64,000 nt of DNA from Bacteroidales bacterium (GTDB lineage Bacteria; Bacteroidota; Bacteroidia; Bacteroidales; VadinHA17), in contig DAINPM010000003.1 of assembly GCA_036743455.1 (NCBI GenBank), forward strand, positions 4,712 through 68,711. Direction: 5' to 3'. Within the stretch, counting starts at the first letter, position 1. Each line of letters starts with the position of its first letter. A program made the translations under genes and the position numbers. Below, piece by piece: positions 1 to 9,543 of the stretch. The notes beneath the pieces were generated by a model. The model was given only the letters and a program-made list of their open reading frames with translations, was not told where the DNA came from and made no database searches.

Positions 1-712
1 CTACTTCAATATCATCACCTCTAAGATGAATAAGAGGATAAAGACCCTCCTTGCTCATATTATCGTTCAGCAGGTCAGCTAATCCATTACGTGAAAAAAA
101 TTTGTTGCCGTTAAAATTTATTACCAGCCCGGAATTCAGATATACATAGTTCTTCAACATTGTATCAACATATTCCGAGATGTAATAGTAATTGCCGAAC
201 AGGTCTTCATCAGGCTGGAAGATAACCTCAACACCGTTTTCTTCCTTGGTCTCAACAACCGGCTGATCATTGACAAGGAGGCCACCGGCAAACTCACTGG
301 TCTTAAGTTGCCCGTCACGTACCGACCTGACTATGAACCTGGACGACAAAGCATTTACTGCTTTGACTCCAATACCGTTAAGACCAACAGATTTTTTGAA
401 AGCCTTCGAATCATACTTGGCCCCCGTATTCATCCTGGATACAACATCCAACACTTTCCCCAGAGGAATACCACGACCATAATCCCTTACCCTTACTTCA
501 CGGTTATTGATGGACACGTCTATTTTCTTCCCGAATCCCATCATGTATTCGTCAATGGCATTATCCATCACCTCTTTTAACAATACATATATACCGTCAT
601 CTTCTGATGATCCGTCTCCCAGTTTCCCTATATACATACCCGGACGAAGCCTGATATGTTCTCTCCACTCAAGAGTCCTTATGTGTTCCTCTGAATAACC
701 GACAACTGTCAT
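1..712 (-). CDS. parE: DNA topoisomerase IV subunit B (type IIA topoisomerase ATPase subunit). N-terminal ~237 codons only; the 3' part runs off the window.
   Basis: Absent from the ORF track because it is cut by the window edge. My reverse-strand translation from ATG (712-710) reads MTVVGYSEEHIRTLEWREHIRLRPGMYIGKLGDGSSEDDGIYVLLKEVMDNAIDEYMMG...VRDYGRGIPLGKVLDVVSRMNTGAKYDSKAFKKSVGLNGIGVKAVNALS. These are GHKL ATPase motifs in the form I associate with Bacteroidota ParE rather than GyrB. Confidence 0.8.
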   Translation of the reverse strand, partial: MTVVGYSEEHIRTLEWREHIRLRPGMYIGKLGDGSSEDDGIYVLLKEVMDNAIDEYMMGFGKKIDVSINNREVRVRDYGRGIPLGKVLDVVSRMNTGAKYDSKAFKKSVGLNGIGVKAVNALSSRFIVRSVRDGQLKTSEFAGGLLVNDQPVVETKEENGVEVIFQPDEDLFGNYYYISEYVDTMLKNYVYLNSGLVINFNGNKFFSRNGLADLLNDNMSKEGLYPLIHLRGDDIEV

Positions 713-882
713 TGGCCTGAATTTTTGCGCAAATATAGTTAAATAGACACCTCCCTATTTATCAATTTTTCAACAATAAACTAATATAATTATATGTGAC
801 TGCATGTTATTTAATTGATAATCATGCAGAATAATGAATATTGGGCCGTTCAATAATTTAGAAAGTCCCCAAAGAAAATTAA

Positions 883-2697
883 TCAGTCCAGAATACCCAT
901 CTGCTTCATCAGCAACACTGCATTCTTCTTACTGGCTATCCCATCCCTCAGGATATAATCAAAATGTATTATTTCCCCGTCTATTTCAACTTCTATACAT
1001 TTATTTATTATTCTGTCCGGATACTTTGCTTCAAGAGCTCCCAGTGAGAGATCATGTGTGGCGATTAGCCCCGAACCTCCCAGCTCAATCAACTTATCAA
1101 TAAATATCTTTGATCCCTGACTTTTATCTTCTGAATTTGTCCCTTTAAGTATCTCATCAAGGAGAAAAAAGACATTTTCTCCTTTCTGAAGCTTTTCCTT
1201 CAGTATTCTCAGTCTCTTAAGTTCAGCATAAAAATAGGACTCATTTGAAGAGAGAGAATCAGTTGTACGCATACTGGTAAACAGCCTTACCGGTAGAAAT
1301 TCAAGCTCTTCTGCACAAACAGGAGCACCTGTCATAGCCAGTATACAGTTAATAGCCACACTTCTTAAAAAGGTACTCTTACCGGCCATATTGGCACCTG
1401 TAACAATACATATCCTCCCCTGCCTGTCAAGTGTAAAATCGTTGCACACACGGTTTTCTCCTTTGATCAGCGGATGACCTGACCGTACAGCCCTGAATAA
1501 GTATTTCCTGTCAGCTGAAATAAACGGGAAAGTATAATCCCTGTTGTTATAACTAAAGTTTCCAAGACTTATAAATGCATCGATCTGACCCACCATATCC
1601 AGCCATAGCGGAAATTGTTCCCTATAGGTCTTTTTCCATTTTTCCAAACGTCTCTTACAATGCTGATCCCAAAGGAAAAGGCCATTGAGAACAAATCCCA
1701 CAATAATATTCAGTCTGCTGTCAAATGCCCTGATTATTCCCCCCAGTTCGCGGAGAGCAATAACAGCAGATTTTTCATCAGCCAGTACCCCTTTTTTCAT
1801 ACTGTTAATCAATGGCGCCTCAAACGGCTCATTATTAATTAATTCTAGCAGATTGCCCAGCGAACCAAGAAACCTGAAGCGCCCACTCAGATCTTCATGT
1901 ATAGCTGATATTTTCCGGAGATCCATGCCAACAATGAAAAGGCTGAGAAAGAAGAAAAATAAAAATAAACTATAATTGAGAAGTCCAGCTATAACTAATC
2001 CGAGAGACAGCAGGTTACAGACAGGCAATATCCATATTAATACTTTTCTGTAAAGGGATTTTTTTTCTGTACTCTCTTCTGTGAGCCATCTGGCAAGTCT
2101 TTCTATGTGAGAATGATCAAGACTGTTGTTCATTCCTGTCGCCAGGAATTTCTTCCTCCAGTGATCCTTCCCCGATAATTCTTTTATTGCTTCCTGTCTC
2201 TCTTCCAGTGTTGACGCTACAGAACAGGGCTCAGATAACCATCCGGCCAACACCTCACTACCATACCCTGTACATGTCCTGCAGAGATACTGATACAGGG
2301 ATGATGGACCAAAAACATCAGAGTCATAAGTAAAGTCATGATCCTTCTCAACAAATTCATTCCCCTCACTGAACATTGAAAAATCACCTTTTAAAGCTGT
2401 CGCTTCATTAGTATTTAATAATTTAAGATTCTCCAGAAAAACCTTATTAGTTGAATGAAAAGCATGATACTTTAACAGGAACAGGAAAAAAGTGGTGAAA
2501 AAGACTATAACTGCCAGCCCCAGATATTTTGATAAATCAAAGGATAAATAGATAATAACCAGTCCTCCGGCAAAAGTGATCAAACGAAGCAATGATATAA
2601 TAAAAAGCAATTTCTCCTCCTTTTTGATCTTTTTTGTCAGATCCGCTGCTTCATTTAAATACTCCTCTATCAGTACTTCTTTATCCATTATAATCAA
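883..2697 (-). CDS. Membrane-anchored MutS-family ATPase (MutS domain V only, no mismatch-binding domain)
   Basis: 604 aa. The C-terminal part carries the MutS ABC-ATPase motifs: IVTGANMAGKSTFLRSV (Walker A), FFLLDEILKGTNSEDK (Walker B), and ATHD. Two hydrophobic helix pairs are present: LLFIISLLRLITFAGGLVIIYL / LGLAVIVFFTTFFLFLL and VLIWILPVCNLLSLGLVIAGLL / LFLFFFFLSLFIVG. Confidence 0.75.
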   Translation of the reverse strand: MIIMDKEVLIEEYLNEAADLTKKIKKEEKLLFIISLLRLITFAGGLVIIYLSFDLSKYLGLAVIVFFTTFFLFLLKYHAFHSTNKVFLENLKLLNTNEATALKGDFSMFSEGNEFVEKDHDFTYDSDVFGPSSLYQYLCRTCTGYGSEVLAGWLSEPCSVASTLEERQEAIKELSGKDHWRKKFLATGMNNSLDHSHIERLARWLTEESTEKKSLYRKVLIWILPVCNLLSLGLVIAGLLNYSLFLFFFFLSLFIVGMDLRKISAIHEDLSGRFRFLGSLGNLLELINNEPFEAPLINSMKKGVLADEKSAVIALRELGGIIRAFDSRLNIIVGFVLNGLFLWDQHCKRRLEKWKKTYREQFPLWLDMVGQIDAFISLGNFSYNNRDYTFPFISADRKYLFRAVRSGHPLIKGENRVCNDFTLDRQGRICIVTGANMAGKSTFLRSVAINCILAMTGAPVCAEELEFLPVRLFTSMRTTDSLSSNESYFYAELKRLRILKEKLQKGENVFFLLDEILKGTNSEDKSQGSKIFIDKLIELGGSGLIATHDLSLGALEAKYPDRIINKCIEVEIDGEIIHFDYILRDGIASKKNAVLLMKQMGILD

Positions 2698-3466
2698 ATA
2701 TTACAGCACTTACTTCCATCACAGATTTTTTCCGGTTAAAATTCGATCCCTTCAAATCCAGATCCCACATCCAGGTTTCTTTACTTATACATTCCGGAAG
2801 CCGTGTCAGCATGGTCCTTTCTTCTGTTGTCCCTCCTGCAGAATCCATAAATATCTCATTTGTATCACTTATCAGAACCGATTTATGCTTCTTCAGAAAG
2901 CTGATATGCTTATCCTGTATCTTTTTCCTGAAACTGTACATTTTTTCTTTGTCTTGTACAGCTTTCTTTTCAAGTATTCTTAATGGCAGTGTTTCAAGCT
3001 GTGTCAATACATTCAGGGAGATTACCAGCCCAGGATCTTCAAGGTTATAATTAGGTATGTTTATCATTTCAGGAAATGATTTTCTGTTCAGAAAAATACC
3101 TTTCCCAGCCCATTTCCAGACTTCCTCAACCAGACCACCTGTTATATCATCTTCAAGAAGCTTTAAATTTTTTATCCCTGCTGTTTGCTCAATTACTTCG
3201 GGGGGATGGATAATATCAACCAGAATAATCTCATCTGTCTTTTCCGACATTTCGATTAAAGGTAACTCCAGGAGCCAACCGCTACCCAGCACTGTAATTT
3301 TCTCGGGCAGGAAAAAGTCTATTGCATTCAGAATAAAATCCCGGCATTTTTTCTGGTGGTTCAGCCAGCCCTCTCCCTGATTCATATAATTGACAATAAG
3401 GCCCTGCTGGTAATCATAATAGCCCATCCTGTGGAGTATTCTTCTATATGAGGGAGAATGTGTCAT
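2681..3466 (-). CDS. Hypothetical protein, possibly a Rossmann / class I methyltransferase-like fold
   Basis: 261-aa ORF. Its stop overlaps the start of the MutS-like gene by 17 nt, and its start overlaps the stop of the upstream acyltransferase by 4 nt. The only motif-like element is KITVLGSGWLLELPL followed by an acidic strand end (IILVD), reminiscent of SAM-MTase motifs I/II. No confident family assignment. Confidence 0.55.
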   Translation of the reverse strand: MTHSPSYRRILHRMGYYDYQQGLIVNYMNQGEGWLNHQKKCRDFILNAIDFFLPEKITVLGSGWLLELPLIEMSEKTDEIILVDIIHPPEVIEQTAGIKNLKLLEDDITGGLVEEVWKWAGKGIFLNRKSFPEMINIPNYNLEDPGLVISLNVLTQLETLPLRILEKKAVQDKEKMYSFRKKIQDKHISFLKKHKSVLISDTNEIFMDSAGGTTEERTMLTRLPECISKETWMWDLDLKGSNFNRKKSVMEVSAVIFDYNG

Positions 3467-4212
3467 AAAAGACTGTCTTTCTTCTTCCGCATTTTATAAA
3501 GCTCCTTTGTCATCATTTTGCTGAATTCAAGGGCTAATTGGTCACAGTCGTCTGTCCCGAAAGAGCCGGGCATAACAGGATCCAATACTCTGATTGTTAC
3601 TGTGTGGTATCCCCTTAAAACAAGACCATGTTTGGGTAGTATCTCTCCGGTACCATCTATCAGAACAGGAAGTATTGGTTTTTTTGCCGATATAGCCAGA
3701 TCAAAAGCCCCTCTTTTAAAAAAACCTATCTCACTGTCAGACGACCTCGTTCCTTCAGGAAACATCATCAGGGAAATATTCCGTTGTAAGCATTTATAGG
3801 CTTCATTCTTCATCTTTTCCTTACTCTCCTTATTGCCCCGGTCAACAGTAATATAATCAGCCATCATAAGATACCAGCCAAGAACCGGAACCCTTTTATT
3901 TTCAATCTTTGAAATCCATTTATACCTGTACATCAGACAGTTTAAGAGAAGGATATCGAGTATCGACTGATGATTTGAAATAATAACATAGGTAGCCCCC
4001 GGGACTGCCTTACTCCTACCCTCAATCTTTAATTTCCAAACTGGCATGCAATGAGACAATATCAGGGACTGCCATACCAGAATCCAGTGGACCACCTTCC
4101 TGTCTCTGTCAAAAGGAATAACAATTAACCATACGATAAAGGTCACAGGAAAGAATAAAAGAATGAAAAGGATTCCGGTTAACCACACAATTATTGATTT
4201 GATAACAGCCAT
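3463..4212 (-). CDS. Lysophospholipid / 1-acyl-sn-glycerol-3-phosphate acyltransferase family protein (PlsC-like)
   Basis: 249 aa with an N-terminal TM helix. Has the HX4D acyltransferase motif (NHQSILD) and the FPEGTRS motif. Confidence 0.8.
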   Translation of the reverse strand: MAVIKSIIVWLTGILFILLFFPVTFIVWLIVIPFDRDRKVVHWILVWQSLILSHCMPVWKLKIEGRSKAVPGATYVIISNHQSILDILLLNCLMYRYKWISKIENKRVPVLGWYLMMADYITVDRGNKESKEKMKNEAYKCLQRNISLMMFPEGTRSSDSEIGFFKRGAFDLAISAKKPILPVLIDGTGEILPKHGLVLRGYHTVTIRVLDPVMPGSFGTDDCDQLALEFSKMMTKELYKMRKKKDSLL

Positions 4213-4219
4213 ACTATAA

Positions 4220-5167
4220 TTAAAAGAACTTAAATATATCCGAATCCTGTATAATTATTCTTTCTTCTCTGAAAAAATTCTTCAGAGCTTCAGGTATATG
4301 TTTGCAACCTCTCATTTTTTTAAATATGGTCACCCACCCCCTATATGATCCATCAGTTTCCGGATCATTGATTATCCCATTACTGACCTTAAATCTGAAA
4401 AAAACCTGTCTGCCAAAAATATCCGTTTCGTTCTCAAAAATATAATCCGGCCCATATCCATAATTCCATTCCCAGGTATTGTATTTTTTATCTTCAATCA
4501 TTTCAATCTTAACAATATCTTCCTGAGTCAGTTCCGTCATTCTGTTAGCATCTGATCCAAGAAAATACCTGAACATGAGATCTCTGAATTCATTTATGTC
4601 ATTCAAACCAATAATATTGTGAAAACAGGTCACAGAAGAGGGATTTGATCTTACAGCTTTTGTAATATAGTGAGATGTGTCCTTTCTGAGGGATTCATGT
4701 AGTGCAACAAGGTCTGAACTGTAGAGTAATGTGCCATGATGAAGCACCCTTTCCCTGTAAATATGTTCAGCATTTCCAGATATTTTATGTCCGCCGGTTC
4801 TGAGATCATTCTTATCCTCAAATCTTACATCCAGACCCAGGGAGGAAAGGAACTCTGTTACCGGACCGGTATACTTTCTGAAGTTAACCTGATTACCTTC
4901 AGTGCTGTTCAGGATAAAGGAAAAATTAAGGTTGCCATAATCGTGATAAACACTTCCCCCTCCTGTTATACGGCGGATAACCGGAATATTATTTGTTGTA
5001 ACATACTTCGTATCCGATTCTCTGTGAGCTACCTGATGCTTGCCAATTATTACTGAAGGTTTATTAATATATAATAATAAGTACTCTTCATTACTGTTTT
5101 TCAGAAAATATTCTTCTGCAGCAAGATTAAATGAGGGTTCTGTTGATTTCAGATTAATACAAAGCAT
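4220..5167 (-). CDS. lplA: Lipoate-protein ligase A
   Basis: 315 aa. Contains RRITGGGSVYHDYGNLNFSF and the lysine motif GGHKISGNAEH, plus a C-terminal accessory domain of LplA length. Confidence 0.8.
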   Translation of the reverse strand: MLCINLKSTEPSFNLAAEEYFLKNSNEEYLLLYINKPSVIIGKHQVAHRESDTKYVTTNNIPVIRRITGGGSVYHDYGNLNFSFILNSTEGNQVNFRKYTGPVTEFLSSLGLDVRFEDKNDLRTGGHKISGNAEHIYRERVLHHGTLLYSSDLVALHESLRKDTSHYITKAVRSNPSSVTCFHNIIGLNDINEFRDLMFRYFLGSDANRMTELTQEDIVKIEMIEDKKYNTWEWNYGYGPDYIFENETDIFGRQVFFRFKVSNGIINDPETDGSYRGWVTIFKKMRGCKHIPEALKNFFREERIIIQDSDIFKFF

Positions 5168-5279
5168 CTGATTTAGCAGTTCGTTGACAATTCTTCAGGT
5201 CAGCACAATAATTCTTATCCTGTTACTGGTAATAAAGGGTGGAATAAAATGGGAATGGTTTTCACATAAGCAAAGATGA

Positions 5280-5864
5280 TCATTCCAGTGAATTCCTGTT
5301 CCTGATGCCATTAGCTGTTATAATACTCCGGGTATAAATATATAATCGGTAAAAGCCCCATCCTGTTAATGCTCCGAGCAGAGCACCGCAAACGACATCC
5401 CCGGGGTAATGAACACCCAGGTAGATACGGCTGTAACCAATAACAGAAGCCCATAGAATAATAAAGACGGTAAACCATCTTTTTTTTATAAACAACAGAC
5501 TCAGAAGGGCCACATTAAAGGAATTGGATGCATGTGATGATACGAATCCGTACAATCCGCCACACTCTCCTTTTACTATATGCACAAGCCCTTCTAATTC
5601 AGGGTCATGACAAGGGCGCAATCGCTGAAAGACATTTTTAAAAAGATGTACCGATGATTGATCAGCAAAAAGAGCTGCAAGGCCAATAAAAAGCAGAATC
5701 AGGGGAAATTTATTTTTATATTTCCTCCATATCCATACCAGAATAGTTATATAAAGTGGTACCCAGATTAGTTTCCCGCTTATTGCATACATTATCTGAT
5801 CCCATAAAGGGGAATTAACTGAGTTGAGTATCAAGAAAAGCTGTTTGTCGATCTGATCAAGCAT
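5280..5864 (-). CDS. PAP2-family membrane phosphatase
   Basis: 194 aa, polytopic. All three PAP2 signature blocks are present: KNVFQRLRP, SSHASN, SRIYLGVHYPGD. Confidence 0.8.
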   Translation of the reverse strand: MLDQIDKQLFLILNSVNSPLWDQIMYAISGKLIWVPLYITILVWIWRKYKNKFPLILLFIGLAALFADQSSVHLFKNVFQRLRPCHDPELEGLVHIVKGECGGLYGFVSSHASNSFNVALLSLLFIKKRWFTVFIILWASVIGYSRIYLGVHYPGDVVCGALLGALTGWGFYRLYIYTRSIITANGIRNRNSLE

Positions 5865-5876
5865 ATTTCTTATTTA

Positions 5877-6869
5877 TCAATCATTTACAAGCTCTTTCCA
5901 GAGTACATCTTTAAGTTTGTCAAGGCCCTTACCAGTAACAGAAGAAATAAAGGCAGACGGAATATCAGGAAGATCTTTTTCTATCTCTCTCATGAGTTCC
6001 TCATCCAGAAGATCTGATTTTGTGACTGCCAGTATTCTCTTTTTATCAAGTAATTCCGGATTATACATTTTCAATTCATTGAGAAGGATCTGGTATTCAT
6101 TTTTTATATCCTTACTATCAGCAGGTATCATAAAGAGAAGGATTGAATTTCTTTCTATATGCCGCAAAAATCTTATTCCCAGCCCTTTCCCTTCATGGGC
6201 ACCTTCAATTATCCCTGGTATATCAGCCATTACAAATGATTTATCATCGCGGTAGCTAACTATTCCCAGACTTGGGGTAAGTGTTGTAAAGGCATAATCA
6301 GCGATTTTCGGTTTTGCAGCAGAGACAACAGACAGGAGTGTTGATTTACCGGCATTAGGGAACCCAACGAGGCCTACATCGGCAAGTATTTTTAATTCAA
6401 GGATAAACCAGTCCTCAGACCCAGGTTCTCCCGGCTGTGCATACCTGGGTGTCTGGTTGGTGGATGATTTAAAATGAACATTGCCCAGTCCTCCTCTGCC
6501 TCCCCTTACAAGTATTTTTTCCTGGCCGTGTTCTGTTATCTCAAAAATAAACTGCAGATCATCAGCCTTTTTTGCCACAGTACCAAGAGGTACTTCGATA
6601 ACAACATCATTGCCATCAGCTCCTGTTGATTGTTGCAATCCCCCATTCCCTCCGTGACCTGCAAAAATATGACGTTTATATCTCAGATGAAGCAAGGTCC
6701 ACATCTGATCGTTTCCCCTGAGGACAATATTCCCTCCTCTGCCTCCGTCACCTCCGTCAGGTCCACCTTTCGGAACAAATTTTTCGCGTCGCAGGTGAGC
6801 TGAACCTGCACCGCCCCTGCCTGAACGGCAGAAAATTTTGATATAATCAACAAAATTGGATCCGGACAT
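5877..6869 (-). CDS. obg: GTPase Obg
   Basis: 330 aa. Glycine-rich Obg fold ([24 protein letters not shown]), G1 motif [11 protein letters not shown], and DIPGIIEGA. Confidence 0.95.
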   Translation of the reverse strand: MSGSNFVDYIKIFCRSGRGGAGSAHLRREKFVPKGGPDGGDGGRGGNIVLRGNDQMWTLLHLRYKRHIFAGHGGNGGLQQSTGADGNDVVIEVPLGTVAKKADDLQFIFEITEHGQEKILVRGGRGGLGNVHFKSSTNQTPRYAQPGEPGSEDWFILELKILADVGLVGFPNAGKSTLLSVVSAAKPKIADYAFTTLTPSLGIVSYRDDKSFVMADIPGIIEGAHEGKGLGIRFLRHIERNSILLFMIPADSKDIKNEYQILLNELKMYNPELLDKKRILAVTKSDLLDEELMREIEKDLPDIPSAFISSVTGKGLDKLKDVLWKELVND

Positions 6870-6913
6870 TTTATTAAGTTTTGAAAGGCTAAGAATAAGC
6901 CGATTACCTCCAG

Positions 6914-7498
6914 CTACCTGCCACCAGGAAACTTTATGACATATTCCGACAGTCTGCCGAATATTTCCTCTATAGTTCCCATACCGTTAACAGGCTGATA
7001 TATACCTTTTTTACGACAATAATCAATTATCGGTTCTGTTTTTGCCTTATAAACATCTATACGGTTCTCTATTACTGCAGGGTCTTTGTCATCAGGTCTC
7101 CCTGACAACTCAGCGCGTGCAACAAGTCGTTTAACCAGTTCATTATGTTCTACTTCGAGAACCAGCATGCTGTCAATTTGCATTCCTCTCTCATTAAGCA
7201 TCTTTTCCAGCTCTATTGTCTGCTCAACAGTTCTAGGGAAACCGTCAAACAAAAATCCGTTTCGTCCTTTAGTATTGTCAATCTTTGCTGCTATAAGTTC
7301 AATAACTACTTCGTCAGGGACCAGTTCCCCTTTCGACATTATTGCACTCATCCGTTTACCCAGATCTGTCCCGGCTGCTATTTCTGCCCTAAGCATATCA
7401 CCTGTTGAAAGATGAGCAAGATTGAATTTTTCAGCAAGTTTTACTGACTGAGTTCCTTTACCGGATCCCGGAGGACCAAAAATTAAAAAATTGACCAT
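6914..7498 (-). CDS. adk: Adenylate kinase
   Basis: 194 aa. P-loop [10 protein letters not shown], then STGDMLR and FLFDGFPRT. Confidence 0.95.
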   Translation of the reverse strand: MVNFLIFGPPGSGKGTQSVKLAEKFNLAHLSTGDMLRAEIAAGTDLGKRMSAIMSKGELVPDEVVIELIAAKIDNTKGRNGFLFDGFPRTVEQTIELEKMLNERGMQIDSMLVLEVEHNELVKRLVARAELSGRPDDKDPAVIENRIDVYKAKTEPIIDYCRKKGIYQPVNGMGTIEEIFGRLSEYVIKFPGGR

Positions 7499-7512
7499 TG
7501 ATAAAAGTTTTA

Positions 7513-8049
7513 TTATTTGATTAATTTATAAATAGAAGTCAGATTACGGCCATAACCTTCGTAGTCGAGACCATAACCAACAACAAAATCGTTTGCTATT
7601 TCAAAACCTGTATAGCTTATCTTTATGCGGCTGTCAAAAGATTCAGGTTTCAACAATAATGCTGCCACCCTGACAGAGGCCGGATCTTTTTCTATAACCA
7701 TTTCCATTATAGCCTCAATTGTTTTACCGGTATCAATAATATCATCTAATATAACAATATGTTTATTGCTGATATCCTCATTCAGACCAATCAACTCTTT
7801 CACATTACCTGTTGATCTTGTCCCGGCATATGAAGACGCTTTGACAAAGGAGATCCGGGCTTTCAGGCTTATTAGTCTGAAAAGATCCGAAGAGAAGATA
7901 AATGCCCCATTGAGTATGCTGATAAAAATAACATCTCTTCCTTCCAGATCACGGTTAATATCTTCCGCTATCTCTGTTACTCTCGCCCTGATAAGATCCT
8001 CATGAATAAATTCGCTGAATCGTTTATCAAGTAACTCTATTTCTCTCAT
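7513..8049 (-). CDS. hpt: Hypoxanthine phosphoribosyltransferase
   Basis: 178 aa. PRPP-binding motif VILDDIIDTGKT and the typical Hpt C-terminus (VGYGLDY). Confidence 0.9.
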   Translation of the reverse strand: MREIELLDKRFSEFIHEDLIRARVTEIAEDINRDLEGRDVIFISILNGAFIFSSDLFRLISLKARISFVKASSYAGTRSTGNVKELIGLNEDISNKHIVILDDIIDTGKTIEAIMEMVIEKDPASVRVAALLLKPESFDSRIKISYTGFEIANDFVVGYGLDYEGYGRNLTSIYKLIK

Positions 8050-8099
8050 AACAGATATATTGAATAAGCAACCGGCACGAAAATATGAAAATAATACCT

Positions 8100-8107
8100 T
8101 ATTTTTG
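8100..8107 (+). promoter_or_regulatory. Bacteroidota-type -7 promoter box (TAnnTTTG) for purE
   Basis: TATTTTTG lies 34 nt upstream of the purE ATG in the hpt/purE divergent spacer. Confidence 0.45.
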
Positions 8108-8141
8108 TCCTTATCAGGAAGTTAAATTTTAAATTTTTCAT

Positions 8142-8648
8142 ATGAATCCTCTCGTAAGTATAATAATGGGAAGCACTTCTGACCTGCCTGTCATGGAGAA
8201 GGCAGCACAGGTTCTGGATAATTTCGGTATACCTTTTGAAATGAATGCCTTGTCGGCACACCGGACTCCTGAAGAAGTTGAGAAATTTGCCAGAGAAGCA
8301 TCGGGACGTGGGCTTAAAGTCATCATTGCCGCCGCAGGTATGGCCGCTCATCTCCCGGGAGTCATCGCAGCATTCACTTCTCTACCGGTAATCGGGGTAC
8401 CTGTCAGGGTCTCTTTTGACGGACTCGATTCTGTATTGTCAATACTGCAGATGCCTCCAGGAATACCTGTAGCCACAGTGGGCGTCAATGCCGCAGAAAA
8501 TGCTGCTATTCTGGCCTCCCAGATAATAGGCACAGGAGATGAAAAAATCAGGAAAGAAGTTGAGTCTTATAAAGAAGGTCTCAAACAGAAAATTGTAGAA
8601 GCAAACAAGGAACTGAAAAAATTAAGATTCAGACATAAAACCAATTAA
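8142..8648 (+). CDS. purE: 5-(carboxyamino)imidazole ribonucleotide mutase
   Basis: 168 aa. Contains IIMGSTSDLPVM, AAAGMAAHLPGV and GVPV. Confidence 0.93.
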   Translation: MNPLVSIIMGSTSDLPVMEKAAQVLDNFGIPFEMNALSAHRTPEEVEKFAREASGRGLKVIIAAAGMAAHLPGVIAAFTSLPVIGVPVRVSFDGLDSVLSILQMPPGIPVATVGVNAAENAAILASQIIGTGDEKIRKEVESYKEGLKQKIVEANKELKKLRFRHKTN

Positions 8649-8684
8649 CATTTTTCTTATCTTGGCAGTATAACCAGTAAATAC

Positions 8685-9500
8685 TTGTACTCGCTGCACA
8701 AGATATTTGTTTGTTTGTCTGTATTTTTTCTGCCACTAACTGCCTCAGGTTCTAATCCTTACCGTATGATAACCGGAGCAGAAGAGGCAGGGATGGGATC
8801 GTTATCATTATACAGTAAATCATTCTGGTCGTCATTTAACAACCAGGCTCTCCTTGCAGAAAAAAACAGTATCGTAGCGGCAATAAATTATCAGGACCGT
8901 TTTTGCCTGAGCCAACTGGCTACAAAAAGCGCGGGCCTTATTATCCCATCAGGATCAGGATCAGCAGGACTGATTTTTTCTCACTTCGGATATAAAGAGT
9001 TCAGCAGAACGATGACGGGTCTCGCCTGCGGTCTGCACCTGTCAGAAAAAATATCCGCCGGAATCCAGATTGATTATTTCTCTGAAAAAGCTTCCGGAGA
9101 GTTTCAACTTCATCACTCCGTAACATTTGAAACTGGTTTTTTTATAAAAATAAGAGAAAACATCTTTGCCGGCCTTCATATGTTCAACCCTCTGCCGGAT
9201 GCCCTGAGAAAAAGAAATATGCCTTCAACAATTACCACGGGTGCCGGAATACAATTGAACAAAGACTTCTTTGCTGCAGTAGAAACAGAAATGTGCTCAT
9301 CTGAAAGACCTGTATTAAAAACAGGGTTCACTTACGTACTGACAGATAATTTGTGTCTCCAGGGAGGATTTAATACCCGTAACTGTTCATTTTCTTTTGG
9401 CACCGGACTGACAATAAAGAATATATATCTTAACCTGAGCATTTCAACTCACGAAAAACTCGGACTATCACATTTCCTGTCAATAGTGTTCAAAACGTAA
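8685..9500 (+). CDS. Small outer-membrane beta-barrel protein, unknown function
   Basis: 271 aa with a TTG start in the ORF track and a signal peptide (FVCLSVFFLPLTASG). The N-terminal motif ITGAEEAGMGSLSL...SSFNNQALLA resembles the G-x-R-x-x-GMGGA...NPA motif of PorV/FadL-like barrels. The sequence shows an alternating amphipathic pattern and ends in hydrophobic SIVFKT. Confidence 0.5.
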   Translation: MYSLHKIFVCLSVFFLPLTASGSNPYRMITGAEEAGMGSLSLYSKSFWSSFNNQALLAEKNSIVAAINYQDRFCLSQLATKSAGLIIPSGSGSAGLIFSHFGYKEFSRTMTGLACGLHLSEKISAGIQIDYFSEKASGEFQLHHSVTFETGFFIKIRENIFAGLHMFNPLPDALRKRNMPSTITTGAGIQLNKDFFAAVETEMCSSERPVLKTGFTYVLTDNLCLQGGFNTRNCSFSFGTGLTIKNIYLNLSISTHEKLGLSHFLSIVFKT

Positions 9501-9543
9501 TAAAGGAAAAGAGAACAGGCCTGTTTTATAAAGCACCGGCTGA

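Noticed and set aside
769-860. Hairpin CTGCATG-16 nt-CATGCAG (811-840) between the MutS-like stop and the parE start.
   Set aside because: The stem is short with no convincing U-tract on the transcribed (minus) strand. It may be a weak intercistronic structure and is not worth a feature call.
8046-8533. Minus-strand ORFs (101, 62 and 61 aa) overlapping the hpt/purE spacer and purE.
   Set aside because: They overlap the well-supported purE frame and its promoter and have no motifs. They are shadow ORFs.
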